Source of the DNA: Octopus sinensis
Lineage: Eukaryota
Direction of reading: 5' to 3'
DNA: 64,000 bases
Assembly (NCBI RefSeq): GCF_006345805.1
Contig: NC_043005.1
Span: 3,534,001-3,598,000, forward strand
Shown here: piece by piece, positions 12,448 through 25,235 of the stretch
Numbering within the stretch: position 1 is the stretch's first letter
Layout: the number at the start of each line of letters is the position of its first letter
Notes under the pieces: model-generated
Told to the model about the DNA's origin: nothing
What the model saw: only the letters and a program-made list of their open reading frames with translations
The model's database searches: none
Position numbers and translations under genes: made by a program

Positions 12448-13125
12448 CTAAGAGCCTCCTCTAATATGTGGCACTTGGTGAAGAAAGGAGTTTGATATAG
12501 CTACCCTCATTTGCACCTCTTGCCGTGAGGTAGGTTCATCTGGGACTCTCGACAGGAAGAGGTCCAGCTTTGATTTAAAAACCCCTACATCTACTTTATG
12601 CAAGTTCATCAGAGTCTTTGGGAGAATATTAAAAAGCTGTGGGCCCTTGAAACCCAGGCTGTTGCAGTAGCTGGTCCTAAAGCGTGATGGCATTGCTGGG
12701 ATCTTTGGCACTATGCAGTGTCGTCCCGTTCTAGCATTTGTGTAGCTTACAATGCCAAAATTTGGCACAATTCCTTCCAAGATCTTCCAGACATATATTA
12801 CTGCATACCTCTCCCGTCTTCTCTCCAGGGAGTAGAGTGTTAGCAGTTTGAACCTTTCCCAGTAGCTGAGCTGTTGCAAGGAGACAATCTTCTTTGTGAA
12901 TCTTCTCTGGATTGCTTCAAGGTCTGCTGTTAATTTCACACTGGTGGGTGACCATAGCTGTGAGCAGTAATCCAGGCGGCTGAGGACGAATGTCCACCAG
13001 AGGACCATCATGGTTTCCTTATCTCTGGTTCTGAATGTTCTTAGGATCCACCCAGCCAGTCGTCTGCACTTTGTCGCCATCCTGGTAATGTGCACTTGGA
13101 AAGAGGTATCATCACTCATGTTAGA
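12448..13125 (-). mobile_element. CR1-clade LINE, 3' ORF2 fragment
   Basis: 223-aa ORF with RLDYCSQLWSP, LEAIQRRFTK, LYSLERRRERY and FKSKLDLFL, the typical post-RT C-terminus of CR1/L2-group elements. Confidence 0.9.
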
Positions 13126-13499
13126 TCAGTAAGCTCTATGTGACATAGGAAAATTTATATAGGGAGTACTATTGATTTTAAAAATGGATATAGGGGACAC
13201 TCCAGTATAAAAAATTCCACGACATTAAACACCTCAAAGAGTCTAAAATTGAGTATAATTAAAGGTGGTCAATAATTATTGAATCAACACCATGTAACAC
13301 ACACACTAAATCTTGTAGGCTTCACATAAAGGAATCGAGTAGCATCGAGCCCAAGTACTCATTCTATTGGGGTCTCTTTTGTGAGGCTGCTAATTTATGG
13401 GGATGTAAATATACCAACATTAGTTGGCAAGCAATGTATAAAAACTTAGATATGTTTCGACCAAAGATCGGTCCAGGCCATGTCTAACTTAATAGCACC

Positions 13500-14540
13500 G
13501 CCTGATTTATCTAAATCCTTTTTAAGTCAAGCTTTATGTTCCATTCAAGTAGTGAGTTCTTGTTGAGTGAGTTGTATCCAGGTATAGGTGGCTTATCTGG
13601 TATTCCTTGAAGAAATCTGTCCAGACTCCGTTTAAAGGTGATGGGATCCTTTTCCTCTTTAATCAGTTTTGGGACAATGTTAAATAGGGCAGGGCCTGTT
13701 GAGGAAAAGAAATTATGTCGCAGTGTACCTATATGTTGTGATCTTGAATCGGACGGAGGACGTATGGCCCGTGGTCCCAGCCTTGGATGAACCTTGAAAC
13801 TAATGTTCAGGTCATTTGGGCAATGCTGGTGGTATATTCTCCACACCGTACAAATGATGTACCACTCACGGCGACGCTGGAGAGAGTAGGGTTTCAAGGC
13901 TTTAAAGCGGTCCCGGTAATCAAGATCAGTCATGCCTTCAATTCGTTTAGTGAGTGCCCTCTGGGGTGATTCAATTCTCGAGATGTTTCGTTTTGTATGG
14001 GGAGACCACAGTGGGCAGCAGTATTCGAGGTGTGACCATACAAAAGAGAAAAGTGGAATGATGACACCTTGTTCTCTGGACCGGAAGGTTCTTAAGATCT
14101 AGGGGCTCATCCTACGAACTATATTGACCTTATTGTTGATGTGGGCACTCCAACTGAGATTGTTATCAACAATTACACCCAGGTCTTTGGTATTGTTAGA
14201 GGCTGTGAGCGGTTCCCCTGAAGGAAGAGAGTATGGCTGTTTTAGTGAGGAGTTTCTTCCAAAATGCATCAGTTCAAATTTTCCCTCGTTCAGTTGCATT
14301 TTGTTTCTGTCTGCCCATTGACTCACAGCATATAGGTCAGACTGGAGTTGAGTTCGGTCTGCTTCTTCATTGACGATTTACTGGAGCTTAGTGTCATCAG
14401 CAAATATTTTCACTTTGCAGTAATGTACGACACTGGAAAGGTCATTTATGTAAATTATAAAGAGGAGTGGGCCCAAGACACTCCCTTGAAGGACACCACT
14501 AGTGACTTTTGCTGGGCTTGAGTAGACTCCATTGACCACA
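13500..14540 (-). mobile_element. Second CR1-clade LINE fragment including RT core, disrupted
   Basis: [25 protein letters not shown] (14393-14404), KDLGVIVDNNLSW, EYCCPLWSP and YSLQRRRE, with stops and frameshifts. Truncated at the junction with the RTE element. Confidence 0.9.
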
Positions 14541-17240
14541 AGGACCCTTCACATGATCCGAGATTTAGGGACATCCTCATCAAGAAATTTGATGAGAGGG
14601 AGGAGGAGCTACAGATATAGGACATAGAAGGTAGCTGGAAATTCATACGGGACAGCTTGCTGAGTGCCACAGACCAAGTCTGCAGATGGTGCAAAATCCC
14701 TTCCAGATCTAGTGTTACATGGTGGTGGAATAGTACGGTAGACAAAGCCATTAGAGCAAAGAAACAGGCCTGGAAAGCCTGGAAGGGTGGGGGTTGCAGG
14801 GAACTGTACCAGGTAGCCAAAAAGGAAGGCTGAGCAGCAGGTATACATAGCCAGGGGTGAAGCGGAAAAGAAATTTGCAAATGTCCAGCGACGTGAGGAC
14901 CAAAGAACTGAGATATTTTGGATTGCAAGACAGTGTGTGAGAGAAAATTGTGATGTCACAGGAGAGAAATGTGTCCACATGGATGATGGTGCACTTGCTT
15001 TTAATGTTGGTGAAAAGAAAGAGGCTTGGAGAAGCCATTATGAAAGACTGCTGAATGTGGAGAATGAATGGGAGGAGGAGAGCCTGCCAAATGTTGACCC
15101 AGTAGAAGAAACAGTTATCCCAATAGACAGCTCCCTTGTAGGTAAAGCAATTAAGGGTATGAAGCCAGGAAAAGCCTCTGGCCCATCAGCAATCACTGCT
15201 GAGGTGCTTAAAACATCTGGTGGTGTGGGCTACGGCCTAGTCACCCACATTGTAAACCAGGTAGTTCATGATAGAGTCATACCCAATGACTGGTGTAGCA
15301 GCACCATAGTCAACTGCTACAAGGGTAAAGGTGATGCTCTAGATAGAAATAACTACAGGGGTATCAAACTGCTGGATCAGGTGATGAAGGTCACAGAGAG
15401 GGTCATAGCCCATTTCATTAGGGAGAGAATCTGCTTAGATGAGATGCAGTTCGGTTTTGTGCCGGGTAGAAGCACCACTGATGCCATATTCCTGGTTCGA
15501 TAATTGCAGAAGAAATACCTAGCTAAAGATAAACCCTGCTACATAGCTTTGGTGGACTTGGAGAAAGCCTTTGACAGGGTCCCCCGTTCCCTTATCTGGT
15601 GGGCGATGTGGAAACTCGAGATTGACAAATAGTTAATAAGGGCTGTACAGGCCCTATACAGAGAGGCCGTTAGCAAGGTTAGGATTGGCAATGAGTATAG
15701 TGAAGAATTCTGAGTAGAAGTAGGGGTCCACCAAGGTTCAGCCCCCTTTTATTTATCATAGTCCTCCAGGCAATAACAGGAATTCAAGACAAGTTGCCCC
15801 TGGGAGCTCCTCTATGCTGATGACCTGGCCCTCATAGCAGAATCACTACTGGAACTAGAAAAGAAATTTCAGGTGTGGAAGCTAGGTTTAGAATCAAAAC
15901 GCCTTAGAGTCAATGTAGCAAAGACCAAAGTTATAGAAAGTAGAAAGGCAAACTTATCACACCCACCCTCAAGTAGGTGGCTCTGCTCGATTTGTAGAAA
16001 AGGTGTTGGTAGAAACTCCATAAGATGTACCCAGTGTAAGCTATGGACACATAAGAGGTGCAGCAACATCAAAGGAAGATTAACCGAGAAGATAGCTTTC
16101 GTGTGCGGCAGATGCACAGGGGCAATAGACACCACAGATACTCAGAAAACAGATTCTATTACACTCCAGAGGGAGAAACTAGAAGTTGTTGATAGTTTCT
16201 GTTACCTAGGTGACCAAGTTAGTAGTGGACGTGGATGCTCAGAGAGTGTTACCACTAGAATAAAAATAGCCTGGGCAAAGTTTAGAAAGCTTCTACCCCT
16301 AATAGTGACAAAGGGCCTCTCGCTCAGAGTGAAAGGTAGATTGTACGATGAACGTGTATGAATTGCCATGCTTCACAGTAGTGAAATATGGGCTGTGACT
16401 GCAGAGGACATGCGTAGGCTTGAAAGAAATGAAGCTGGCATGATCTGCTGGATGTGTAATGTCAGTGTGTATACACGGCAGAGTGTAAGTGCCCTGAGAG
16501 AAATGCTGGACATAAGAAGCATTGGATATGGTGTGCAAGAGAGACATCTGCGCTGGCATGGTCATGTACTACTGATGTATGAGGAGAGATGTGTGAAGAA
16601 GTGCCACTCCCAAATAGTTGAAGGAATCTGGGGTAGAGGTTGACCCAGGAAGACATGGGATGAGGTGGTCAAGCATGACTTTCAAACGTTGGGCCTCACA
16701 GTGGCAATGACGAAAGACTGAGACCTCTGGAGATGTGCTGTGACTACGAAGACCCGACAAATAGCGTGCATCAGCTTCACATAGAAACCCCAGCCCATCC
16801 AAAGTACCTTGGATTGCAGGACAGCCTGCTGTGCTTACCTTGGATTGTAGGGCGACCTGCTGTGCTTGAGGAGACCTATTGAGTCAAGTACATCAACATC
16901 AAAACTCAAATGGAAATTGTAGTTGTGATACCTGTGCCGGTGGCACGTAAAAAGCACCATCCAAATGTGGCCGATGCCAGCGCCACCTTGACTGGCTTCC
17001 ATGCCGGTAGCATGTAAAAAGCACTCATTACACTCACAGAGTTGTCGGTGTTAGGAAGGGCATCCAGCTGTAGAAACTCTGCCAGATCAGACTGAAGCCT
17101 GGTGCAGCCTCCTGGCTTCTTAAACCTGGGTCGCACCGTCCAACCCATGCTAGTATGGAAAACGGACATTAGACGATGATGATGATGATGATGATGATGA
17201 CGATGATGATGATGATGATGACGATGATGATGATGATGAT
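14541..17240 (+). mobile_element. 5'-truncated, decayed RTE-clade LINE with full 3' UTR and (GAT)n tail
   Basis: WWN..V..AIRAKKQAWK, NYRGIKLL, QFGFVPGRSTTDAIF, VDLEKAFDRVP, GVHQGS, YADD (15813-15824), a CxxC..CxxC block and LRWHGHV, with multiple in-frame stops. Continues without a break into the abundant ...GGAAAACGGACGTTAAACGATGATG repeat. Confidence 0.92.
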
Positions 17241-18454
17241 CATCATCATCGTTTAACGTCCGTTTTCCATGCTAGCACAGGTTATATATATATATATACA
17301 AGCTTCTTTCAGTTTCCATCTACCAAATACCCTCACAAGGCTTTGGTTGGTCCGAGGCTATATTAGAAGACACTTTCCCAAGGTGCCATGCAGTGGGACT
17401 GAACCTGGAACCATGTGGTTGGTAAGCAAGCTACTTATCACACAGCCCCTAAATACAAAACAACACCACAGAGGAACCGACATAAGCTCAAATAATAAAC
17501 CCTGATGGGTGAACCGCGAAATGGCGAGGGTTTGCTGTATCTTTTATCTCTTATCTTTCCCTTCTTTCCACCATTAGACTACGTCCATGCTGGAGCACTG
17601 TCTTGAAGGATTTTAGGTGAATAAATAAACTGTAGGGCTTATTTTTCTTTAAAGCCCTGTATTTATTCTATTGGTATCTTTTGCTGGACTGCCAAGTTAC
17701 AGGGATGCAAGCAAACTAACACTGGCTGTCAAGTGGTGGTGGTGGTGGTGGTCCACTTTTCCTGCTTGCATGGGTCAGATGGAATTTGTGGAGGTGAATT
17801 TTCTATGGTTTTAGAATGTCCTTCCTGCCACTACTCCTCACGCATTTGCGAGTAATTTAATATTTCCCTGAAGCATGTTTTTCGCCTCCTTTATTTTATG
17901 AAAGATTGGAAAGAAATGATGCTCATCTCGACATCGCCCGATGGTTTCACAACTGTCACGTGATGTCTAGACAAAGAAACACACATGCACACACGCATAC
18001 ACATAAACACACACACAGGTACATACATACATATACGTGCATGTGCACTCGATGGGCTTCCTTCAGTTTCCGTCTACCAAATCGACTCACAAGGTCCTGG
18101 TCAGTCCGTTACAGCTGGAGGTTGACTTTTTCATCAACTGGGATGAGGGTAAAGGCTGGTGGGGTATTGGGAGACACAGACATGGATATGTGGGTCACAC
18201 ATACTCGCTTTCAAAACAGGTCGTCTCGAGTTCAGTTCCACCTTGGGTAATATGGCTCAACCCGAAACGACATAATTTGGCAGCAAGTTTTTGACCACCC
18301 AGCCATGCCTGCCCCTGCCAATACTTGACAGACTCCACTCCACACAAGGAGATTAAAAAGTGAATGTGATTCGGACAGCATTTTATCTCAGAATATTCTC
18401 GGATGTAAACAGAAACCAAAAGACGTTTTAAACGTCACTCTTCTGATAACGGAA

Positions 18455-18670
18455 GGCAGCGAGCTGGCAGAACCGTTAGCACGCCGGGTGTGATGCTTAG
18501 CGGTATGTGGTCTGTCTTTACGTTCTGAGTTCAAATTCCGCCGAGGTCGACTTTGCCTTTCATCCTTTCGGGGTCGATAAATTAAGTACCAGTTGAATAC
18601 TGAGATCAATTTAATCGACTGACCCCCTCCCCACACAATTTCGGGCCTTGTGTCTAGTGTAGAAAAGAAT
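18455..18670 (+). mobile_element. tRNA-derived SINE with Meta/MESC-like domain
   Basis: GAGCTGGCAGAA head, GAGTTCAAATTCC B box, GCCTTTCATCCTTTCGGGGTCGATAAATTAAGTACCAG core. Other copies at about 19390-19580(-), 19600-19815(-), 23690-23865(+), 37126-37345(+), 41140-41290(-), 52255-52485(-), 52525-52620(+), 55690-55850(+). Domain name assigned from memory. Confidence 0.8.
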
Positions 18671-20765
18671 GTATAAGATAACGAGATACAGAAACATGGG
18701 AGTGAACTCCATAGTAACTACAAGAAGAATTTGAGAGTTATTTCCCTTAGATTGTTATATTCATAACGTTAAAGATTCAGTCCTTAGACGTAAATTCAAT
18801 TTCCACATACAAAGGTTATGGCTTTGCTATAATTTCGGTTGAATAACGTGAAATATTTGATGAAGTCTTAGTTAAATAGAATCTAGAGACGTGTTAAGGA
18901 AAAGATACAAATGTTTTAGACTGTGGAACTTATGAAACCATTATGTTGGGAATCAAAGTTTTCTTTACTATGCAGCCTTGCTGGAAATGAAGAAATTTCT
19001 TTTTTACATCAAACTCAAAGGTTGTCAAATATTTTAAGAATTCTTCACGTTATTGCATTCAAATATGCTCAGATATTTTTCCAATAAATTCTAGATTTGT
19101 TAGAATGCATAATTTCCAAAAACTTTTAACACAAAAAGTCTGCATTCTTCATTAAAGCTGTTTATATTTGTTTGGAACTTTCCTCACATTCTATCCAACA
19201 TTATGGCAATTTATTCACTTGGTCACTCCCACAACGGAACTAATCGATTGCGGGAGAGATTATTCATTCATCACACCATGCAAAATTCTGCAATCTTTAT
19301 TAGAAATGCCAAACTTTCACCAATTTCCGTTGACCAAATTCACCCAATTCAGAAAGCACCAATTATGTGGATTTCCAACTTCAGCACAAAGCTGGGTATT
19401 TCAGGAGAGGTGGGTAAGTCAATTACACCGACCACAATATACAACTGGTACTTCTTTTATTGACCCCACCAAAACGATGAAAGACAAATAAATCTTGGCA
19501 GAATTTGGTCTCAGAACATAAAGCCGGACACAATGCCGCTAAGTATTTTGCCTGGCATGTTAACCATTCTGCCAACTGACCACTTTACAAAGGACCAGTT
19601 ATATGGGTTTCAAATTTTGGCACAAGGCCAGCAATTTCAGGGAAGCGGGTAAGTTGATTACATCGACCCCAATGTTCAAGTGGTATCTAAATTATTAACT
19701 CTGAAAGGACGAAAGGCAAAGTCGACCACGGTAGAACTTGAACTCAGAATGTAAAGGCAGATGAAATGGGGGTAAGCATTTTGCCTGATATGCTAATGAT
19801 TGTGCCAGCTGCCTTAGAAAGAGCCAACTCTATTGAGAATTATTCATTTTCTTGCACCAAAATATGTCAATATTTTATAAACAATTATGACATTTGCAAA
19901 AATACATGATTTTTCCACTTTTTTTAATATGAATAAGTCACCATTTTCAGTGAAGAAAATATACCTGTGAAATATTTTTTAATTTTTACATCCAAATGCA
20001 TGTTAAATTTCTTCAGAATTCTGGAGTTGGCTGCTCCAAAATTTTCCTGTTTTTCTTTCAGAAAGATATTTTGCATCACTCAGACCGAAATATTTCTACT
20101 TCTTGAAAATACAAAATTTCTTCACTTTTTAAAATCTATTTGTGTGGGGTGAAATCTGTTGAGTATTGGCAGATGCAGGCAGAAGTGTAACATTCTTTAA
20201 ATGATGATGATTGTGATGACAACAATGACAATGACGATGAGAAGAAAGAAAGAAAGATTAGATAGAAACTTATCGGAAATGGGAAATTTTAGTTATTTTA
20301 CTCCCAAACCTTCTTAAATTCTTCTTAGACTCCATTTTTCATAGAAAAGTTTAATTTCAAAATTTGTTTTCATAAATATACTCAGTGGTTCTTTTAATGG
20401 TACACGCCTACGAAATCTGAAAGTTAGTCTCATTCCATCCATCTTTATACAAAAATTCTACAGAATTGTTGATTTTGTTGTTCAAGAGTGACAGTCATGG
20501 ACTGAGAAAGACGTTCTACCTCTATAACACCAAAAATATTTCTAGTTTTTGAAACTACAGAATTCCATAATTTCTACTGTGTCTCATTTTCACCAATCTC
20601 AGAAAATGTCAAATATCTTGAGAATTCTCCATTTTGTTGAAGCCAAACATGCTTAGATATTTTATTCCTGTAGATTCTACAGTTCTTAGACAAGAATAGA
20701 TTAGAAAGCAAGCTTCTTACCACACAGCCACTATTCATTGTTACTATTGCTATTTATTAATATTC

Positions 20766-21150
20766 TGTGGAAGTGCAATGACCCAGTGGTTAGGGCAGCA
20801 GACTCGCAGTCATAGGATCGTGGTTTTGATTCCCAGACCGGGCGTTGTTAGTGTTTATTGAGCAAAGACACCTAAAGCCCCACGAGGCTCCAGCAGGAGG
20901 TGGCGAACCCTGCTGTATTCTTTCACTACAACTTTCTCTCACTCTTTCTTCCTGTTTCTCTTGTACCTGTATTTCAAAGAGCCAGTCTTGTCCTGTTCTG
21001 TGTCATGCTGAATCTCCCTGAGAACTACGTTAAGGGTTCACGTGTCTGTGGAGTGCTCAGCCACTTGCACGTTAATTTCACAAGCAGGCTGTTCTGTTGA
21101 TCAGATCAACTGGAACCCTCATCGTCGTAACCAACGGAGTGCCACGATTA
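20766..21150 (+). mobile_element. tRNA-derived SINE, third family
   Basis: tRNA-like head (TGACCCAGTGG ... GATTCCC), TTGAGCAA(A)GACAC motif. Its 3' part (AATCTCCCTGAGAACTACGTTAAGG...) is shared with 60985-61300. Related heads at about 22400-22535 and 43665-43790. Confidence 0.75.
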
Positions 21151-21234
21151 ATATTTTACATTTTATGAATATTGTTTTCAAGGTTTGCTAAGGGTTGTAC
21201 AATCATCATTTTCACTAAAGCACCCAGAAGTTCA

Positions 21235-21455
21235 CCCACAGCAACTTGATGGATTAAATAGTGAAGGAAGTCCTTGTGTTGTTCTCGTCGTATGTCCAGA
21301 AACACATAAGCGGAGAGGAAAAGAATAAGTCAATGCATGGGGCAGGGGATTAGAATGTTGCAGGAAAGAATGGCAAGATGGATTCTCCAAGCCAAGCTAA
21401 TGGTCAGGAGACCAAGGGGCAGACCAAGAATGAGATGGTTGCAGAATATCCATAG
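21235..21455 (+). mobile_element. RTE-type LINE 3' ORF fragment
   Basis: RRPRGRPRMRWLQNI motif typical of the end of RTE ORFs. Confidence 0.55.
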
Positions 21456-22544
21456 ATCCAGGCATGGTTGTATGGTAAGAAGTTCACTTCTCAATCACAT
21501 GGTTCCCAGTTCAGTCCCATTATGTGGTACCTTGAGCAAGTGTCTTCTACTATAGGTTCAGGCTGACAAAAGCCTTCTGAGTGAATTTGGCTGGCAGAAA
21601 CTGAAAGAAGTCAGTTGTGTGTGTGTGTGGTGCTCTTAACCACTACGCCATATGCCCGTGGGCATATGGTGTAGTGTTTCAGTCATCAGACTGTGGCCAT
21701 GCTGGGGCACCACCTTGACGTATTTTTAGTCAAATGAATCAAGCCTAGGGCTTTATTTTTTAAAAGGCTGGTACTTATTCTATCAATCTCTTTTGCCAAA
21801 CCACTAAGTTACTGGGACATAACACACCAACACCAGTGGTCAGGCAGTGGTGGGAGACAAACACAAACACATGCACACATACACACACACACACATATAC
21901 AATGGGCTTCTTTCAGTTTCCGTCTACCAAATCTATTCACAAAGCCCCAGGCTATAGTAGAAGACACTTACCCAAGGTGCCACGTAGTGGGACTGAACCC
22001 AGAACCATGAGATTGGGAGGCAAACTCCTTACCACACAGCCACTCCTGCACCTTTTCACTTTCGTTTCTTTAGAATTTGAGTTTTATTTCTTTTTGCTGC
22101 TCAAAAAATTGCAAGATGAAGTCACTAAATGGTCATTCCTCCTGCAAGAAATAACAGCTAAATCTTCATATTTAAAAAATTTTAATTTTTAAAGAAGGAT
22201 ACAATAAATAAGATAGACTTAGATATAGTGTGCCTGAAAACAGACTAGATGGCTATGGATGGAAAGCTTTCTTTCATAGGCCTGCTTGATTTGGGCTGAC
22301 CTGTGGCTAAAGAAAAACATGAAGACAAGCCAACAAGGGAGCACCATTCAACTTGTTAGGAATTGCAACCAAATCGCTCCCCTATTATCTTAAAAGTGGA
22401 GATGAATGGCTTAGCGGTTAGAGTGTTGCACTCATGATCACATGGTTGTGGTTTCAATTCCTGGGCAGGGCAATGGGTTGTATTCTTGAGAAAAAACTTC
22501 ATTTCACATTGCTTCAGTCCACTCAGCTGACAATAATAATAATA

Positions 22545-23215
22545 ATGAAATTATTGTATACAGTGCTCAGGTGCACCACAACTTGTCAGAAAGTGCGTAT
22601 AAAGAACATGTAGTAATGTAGAAATGTCTGGAAAGTAAACAGTGTAAGAGTCAGATACATGCTTGTGTGTGTATGGAGGGGAGAAAATCAGGTGTAGTGT
22701 TGGCGAATCTCAGAAAGCATGGAAGTTTTGAAGGATGCAGTGTTCCGACAACTAACAACTGATGCCGGCAGTTTGTTCCATGCTTCAGCAACTCTCAGCG
22801 TGAAAAAATGTTTCCGAAAGTCATGGAAGGAGCTGTGCTGTTTTCTGACTTTGTAAAGATATCTATGGGTGTTAGACAGGTGGAGTTTGAAAAGGTGCTC
22901 AGAGTTATTGTTTGTAAGATGGTTAATAATTTTATGGGTGTCTGCCAAGTCAGCTGCCAGACGTCGGAGTTTCAATGTGTCCATGCCCTGGGAAGTAAGG
23001 CGTTCAGAATATGGCAAATGCCTGATGGAGGGTATTCTCTTGGTTGCACACCGCTGAACGGCTTCCAGACGATTAATATCCTGGGCAAGATAGGGGTTCT
23101 TTCAGTTTCCATCTTGTAAATCTTCTCACATATACAAAATGTAAGAATGATGAGGTGTCTTTTCCAAGATGATAATTGGGAGGGTAGAAGTTCTACCCCT
23201 ACCATAAACCAATGA
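22545..23215 (-). mobile_element. CR1-clade LINE 3' fragment with (ATT)n tail
   Basis: YSERL...LKLRRLAADL, FRKHFFTLRVAEAWNKLP and FKTS motifs. A short piece of the same 3' UTR recurs near 47225-47385. Confidence 0.85.
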
Positions 23216-25099
23216 ATAAGTGGGGCAGAGATGGTAAAGAATTAGAACTTGATACAGTGTTTATATGGGGCATTCACCCAACGGAGATACGAGGATCAGG
23301 GCACGTGTAGGATTTCTGGCTTTTGGGCTGTAAGTTTTTATTCACACCTCATCTTTTATTCTTTTACTTGTTTCAGTCATTTGACTGTGGCCATGCTGGG
23401 GCACCACTTTGAACAATTTTTAATCAACCCAGTACTTAATGTTTTTGCTTAGCCTGGTATTTATTCTATTGGTCTCTTTTGCAGGGACGTAAACACACCA
23501 ACACTGGTTGTCAAGCGGTAGTGAGGGACAAACACAGACACAAAGACATATACAACGGGCTTCTTTCAGTTTCCACCTACCAAATCCACTCACAAGGCTT
23601 TAATTAGCCTGAGGCTGTTGTAGAAGACACTTGCCCAAGATGTCACGCACTGGAACTGAACCCAGAACCATGTGGTTGGGAAGTTGGCAGAAACGTTACC
23701 AGTATTTCGTCTGTCTTTACGTTCTCAGTTCAAATTTCGCCGAAGTCAACTTTGCCTTTCATCCTTTCGGGGTCGATAAATTAAGTACCAGTTGCGTACT
23801 GAGGTCGATCTAATTGACCAGACCCCTCCCCCAAAATTTTGGGCCTTGTGCCTAAAGTAGAAAAGCATGTGGTTGGGAAGCAAGCTTCTTGTCACACATC
23901 TACCCCTGCGCCTATCGGTGGTACCATATTCACAGCTCGGTGAATCAGGCACCTAACAGTTGTCATTACTAAGGAGAAAAGAGTGGCATACCTACTCAAG
24001 CATGCCCTCTCCCTTCGACTTCCTTTCCTCATAACTTCACGCTCATTTGAATTTTCCGAAACTCCTCTCCCCAGTCACGGAGAAACTCTTTTCACAAATT
24101 TCGATGTAACTGGAATTTCATGAAAAAATATCCATTTTTCAGGAAGCTATGAGGAAATAAAGTCGGGAGGGGGACACTTGTGTAAGTATGCTGCAAAGGA
24201 TAAATAAGCAACGTCCTTAAAACCTTGATAGGGCACGAACCGGTGACCCTTCTGTTCACAAAAGGACACCTTATCGACTCCGTTAACAGCGAATTTCCTT
24301 CTTTCTGGGAGTATCAGCGAAAGTAGAACAATTATGTTTTTATTGTAAGAGAATAAAGAAACAGAAAAAAAGAATGGAAAGCTGTGAGGAAACAAACCCC
24401 CTAATTTAAAATTTAGTCCCGTTTGTCGAGACCGCTTAAGTAAATGTTCGGGTATAACTACAGATTGGTGCCCCCAACTTTGCTCATAAGTCATAACTTT
24501 TTGAAAAGAGAGATTTTTACTAACATTTTGTGGGGATACATTTTCGAAGGTGTAGGTTAGAATTTTCTTTATAGAATTTAGGAAAAAAAAACCCCGTTTT
24601 TGATGGAGTTTCGGTTCGTTCTGACTTTGTCACAATTCAATTTCCATAACTTTGGCATTTTCACTAACTTTTATTTCCAAGTTTTTATATCTAAAACATA
24701 ACCCCAACCCTAACCTCTACACTTTTGAAAACGTTTTTCTGCAAAATGTCATTCAAAAATAAGCATTTTAAAGAGGGTCATAAAGGGTGAAGAAACTCCT
24801 TAAAATTCTTTTCCAAAATTCGTCAAGATGATCGTAATACCCGAAAAAAGAAATCTCGGCAAAATTTATTTTGAAAGATGTGCATTTTTCAGAAAATTTT
24901 TAAGGAAAGAACTTTGGTAATTAGAATGCTACTCTGTAGTCAGGGTAAGATTTGTTCTCCTTCTTTCAGCAACAGTAAAAGAAATCAGCAATTTTGTAAA
25001 CATTTATATTTTAAAGACATTTTATCTTGAAATTTTATAATATTTTTTAAAAATTCGGATCTATTAAATTTATTCTAAAAAAGGAAACCCATTGAAAAA

Positions 25100-25220
25100 G
25101 TAAACAAAAAGACGTGGTGAGGATCTGTTGTTGCGGAGATGTAGTTTTGTACCGGAAGTAGTTCTGTCATTAAGCCGTCACGTTGCTTCCAGTCGGGTTT
25201 CCTCCACAATTTCTCCTGCG
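25100..25220 (+). promoter_or_regulatory. Probable MTAP core promoter/5' UTR with ETS site
   Basis: ACCGGAAGT (CCGGAAGT at 25152-25159) about 60 nt upstream of the ATG. TATA-less, locally CpG-enriched unique sequence, typical of housekeeping promoters. Confidence 0.6.
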
Positions 25221-25235
25221 ATGACCAAACTCAAG
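25221..25235 (+). CDS. MTAP: MTAP coding exon 1 (MTKLK)
   Basis: ATG ACC AAA CTC AAG then gttcgt donor. Joins in phase 0 to IGII..., reproducing the K|IGII junction of MTAP. Lies in a CpG-richer, non-repetitive patch with an ETS site upstream. The exon is very short, so the assignment is contextual. Confidence 0.75.

Noticed and set aside
13445-13485. GACC-loop-GGTC-GAAAC on the - strand
   Set aside because: No intact CTGAnGA box and no GUH triplet.
17497-17533. Hammerhead relic AAACC-CTGATGG-GTG-aac-CGC-GAAAT-ggc-GAG-GGTTT
   Set aside because: Stems I and II can pair, but A9, C15.2, U16.1 and H17 all deviate. Too many changes to separate from chance in a single copy.
24700-24720. Telomere-like CCCTAA repeats
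   Set aside because: Only one to two degenerate units inside an AT-rich DNA-transposon relic, so not an interstitial telomere.
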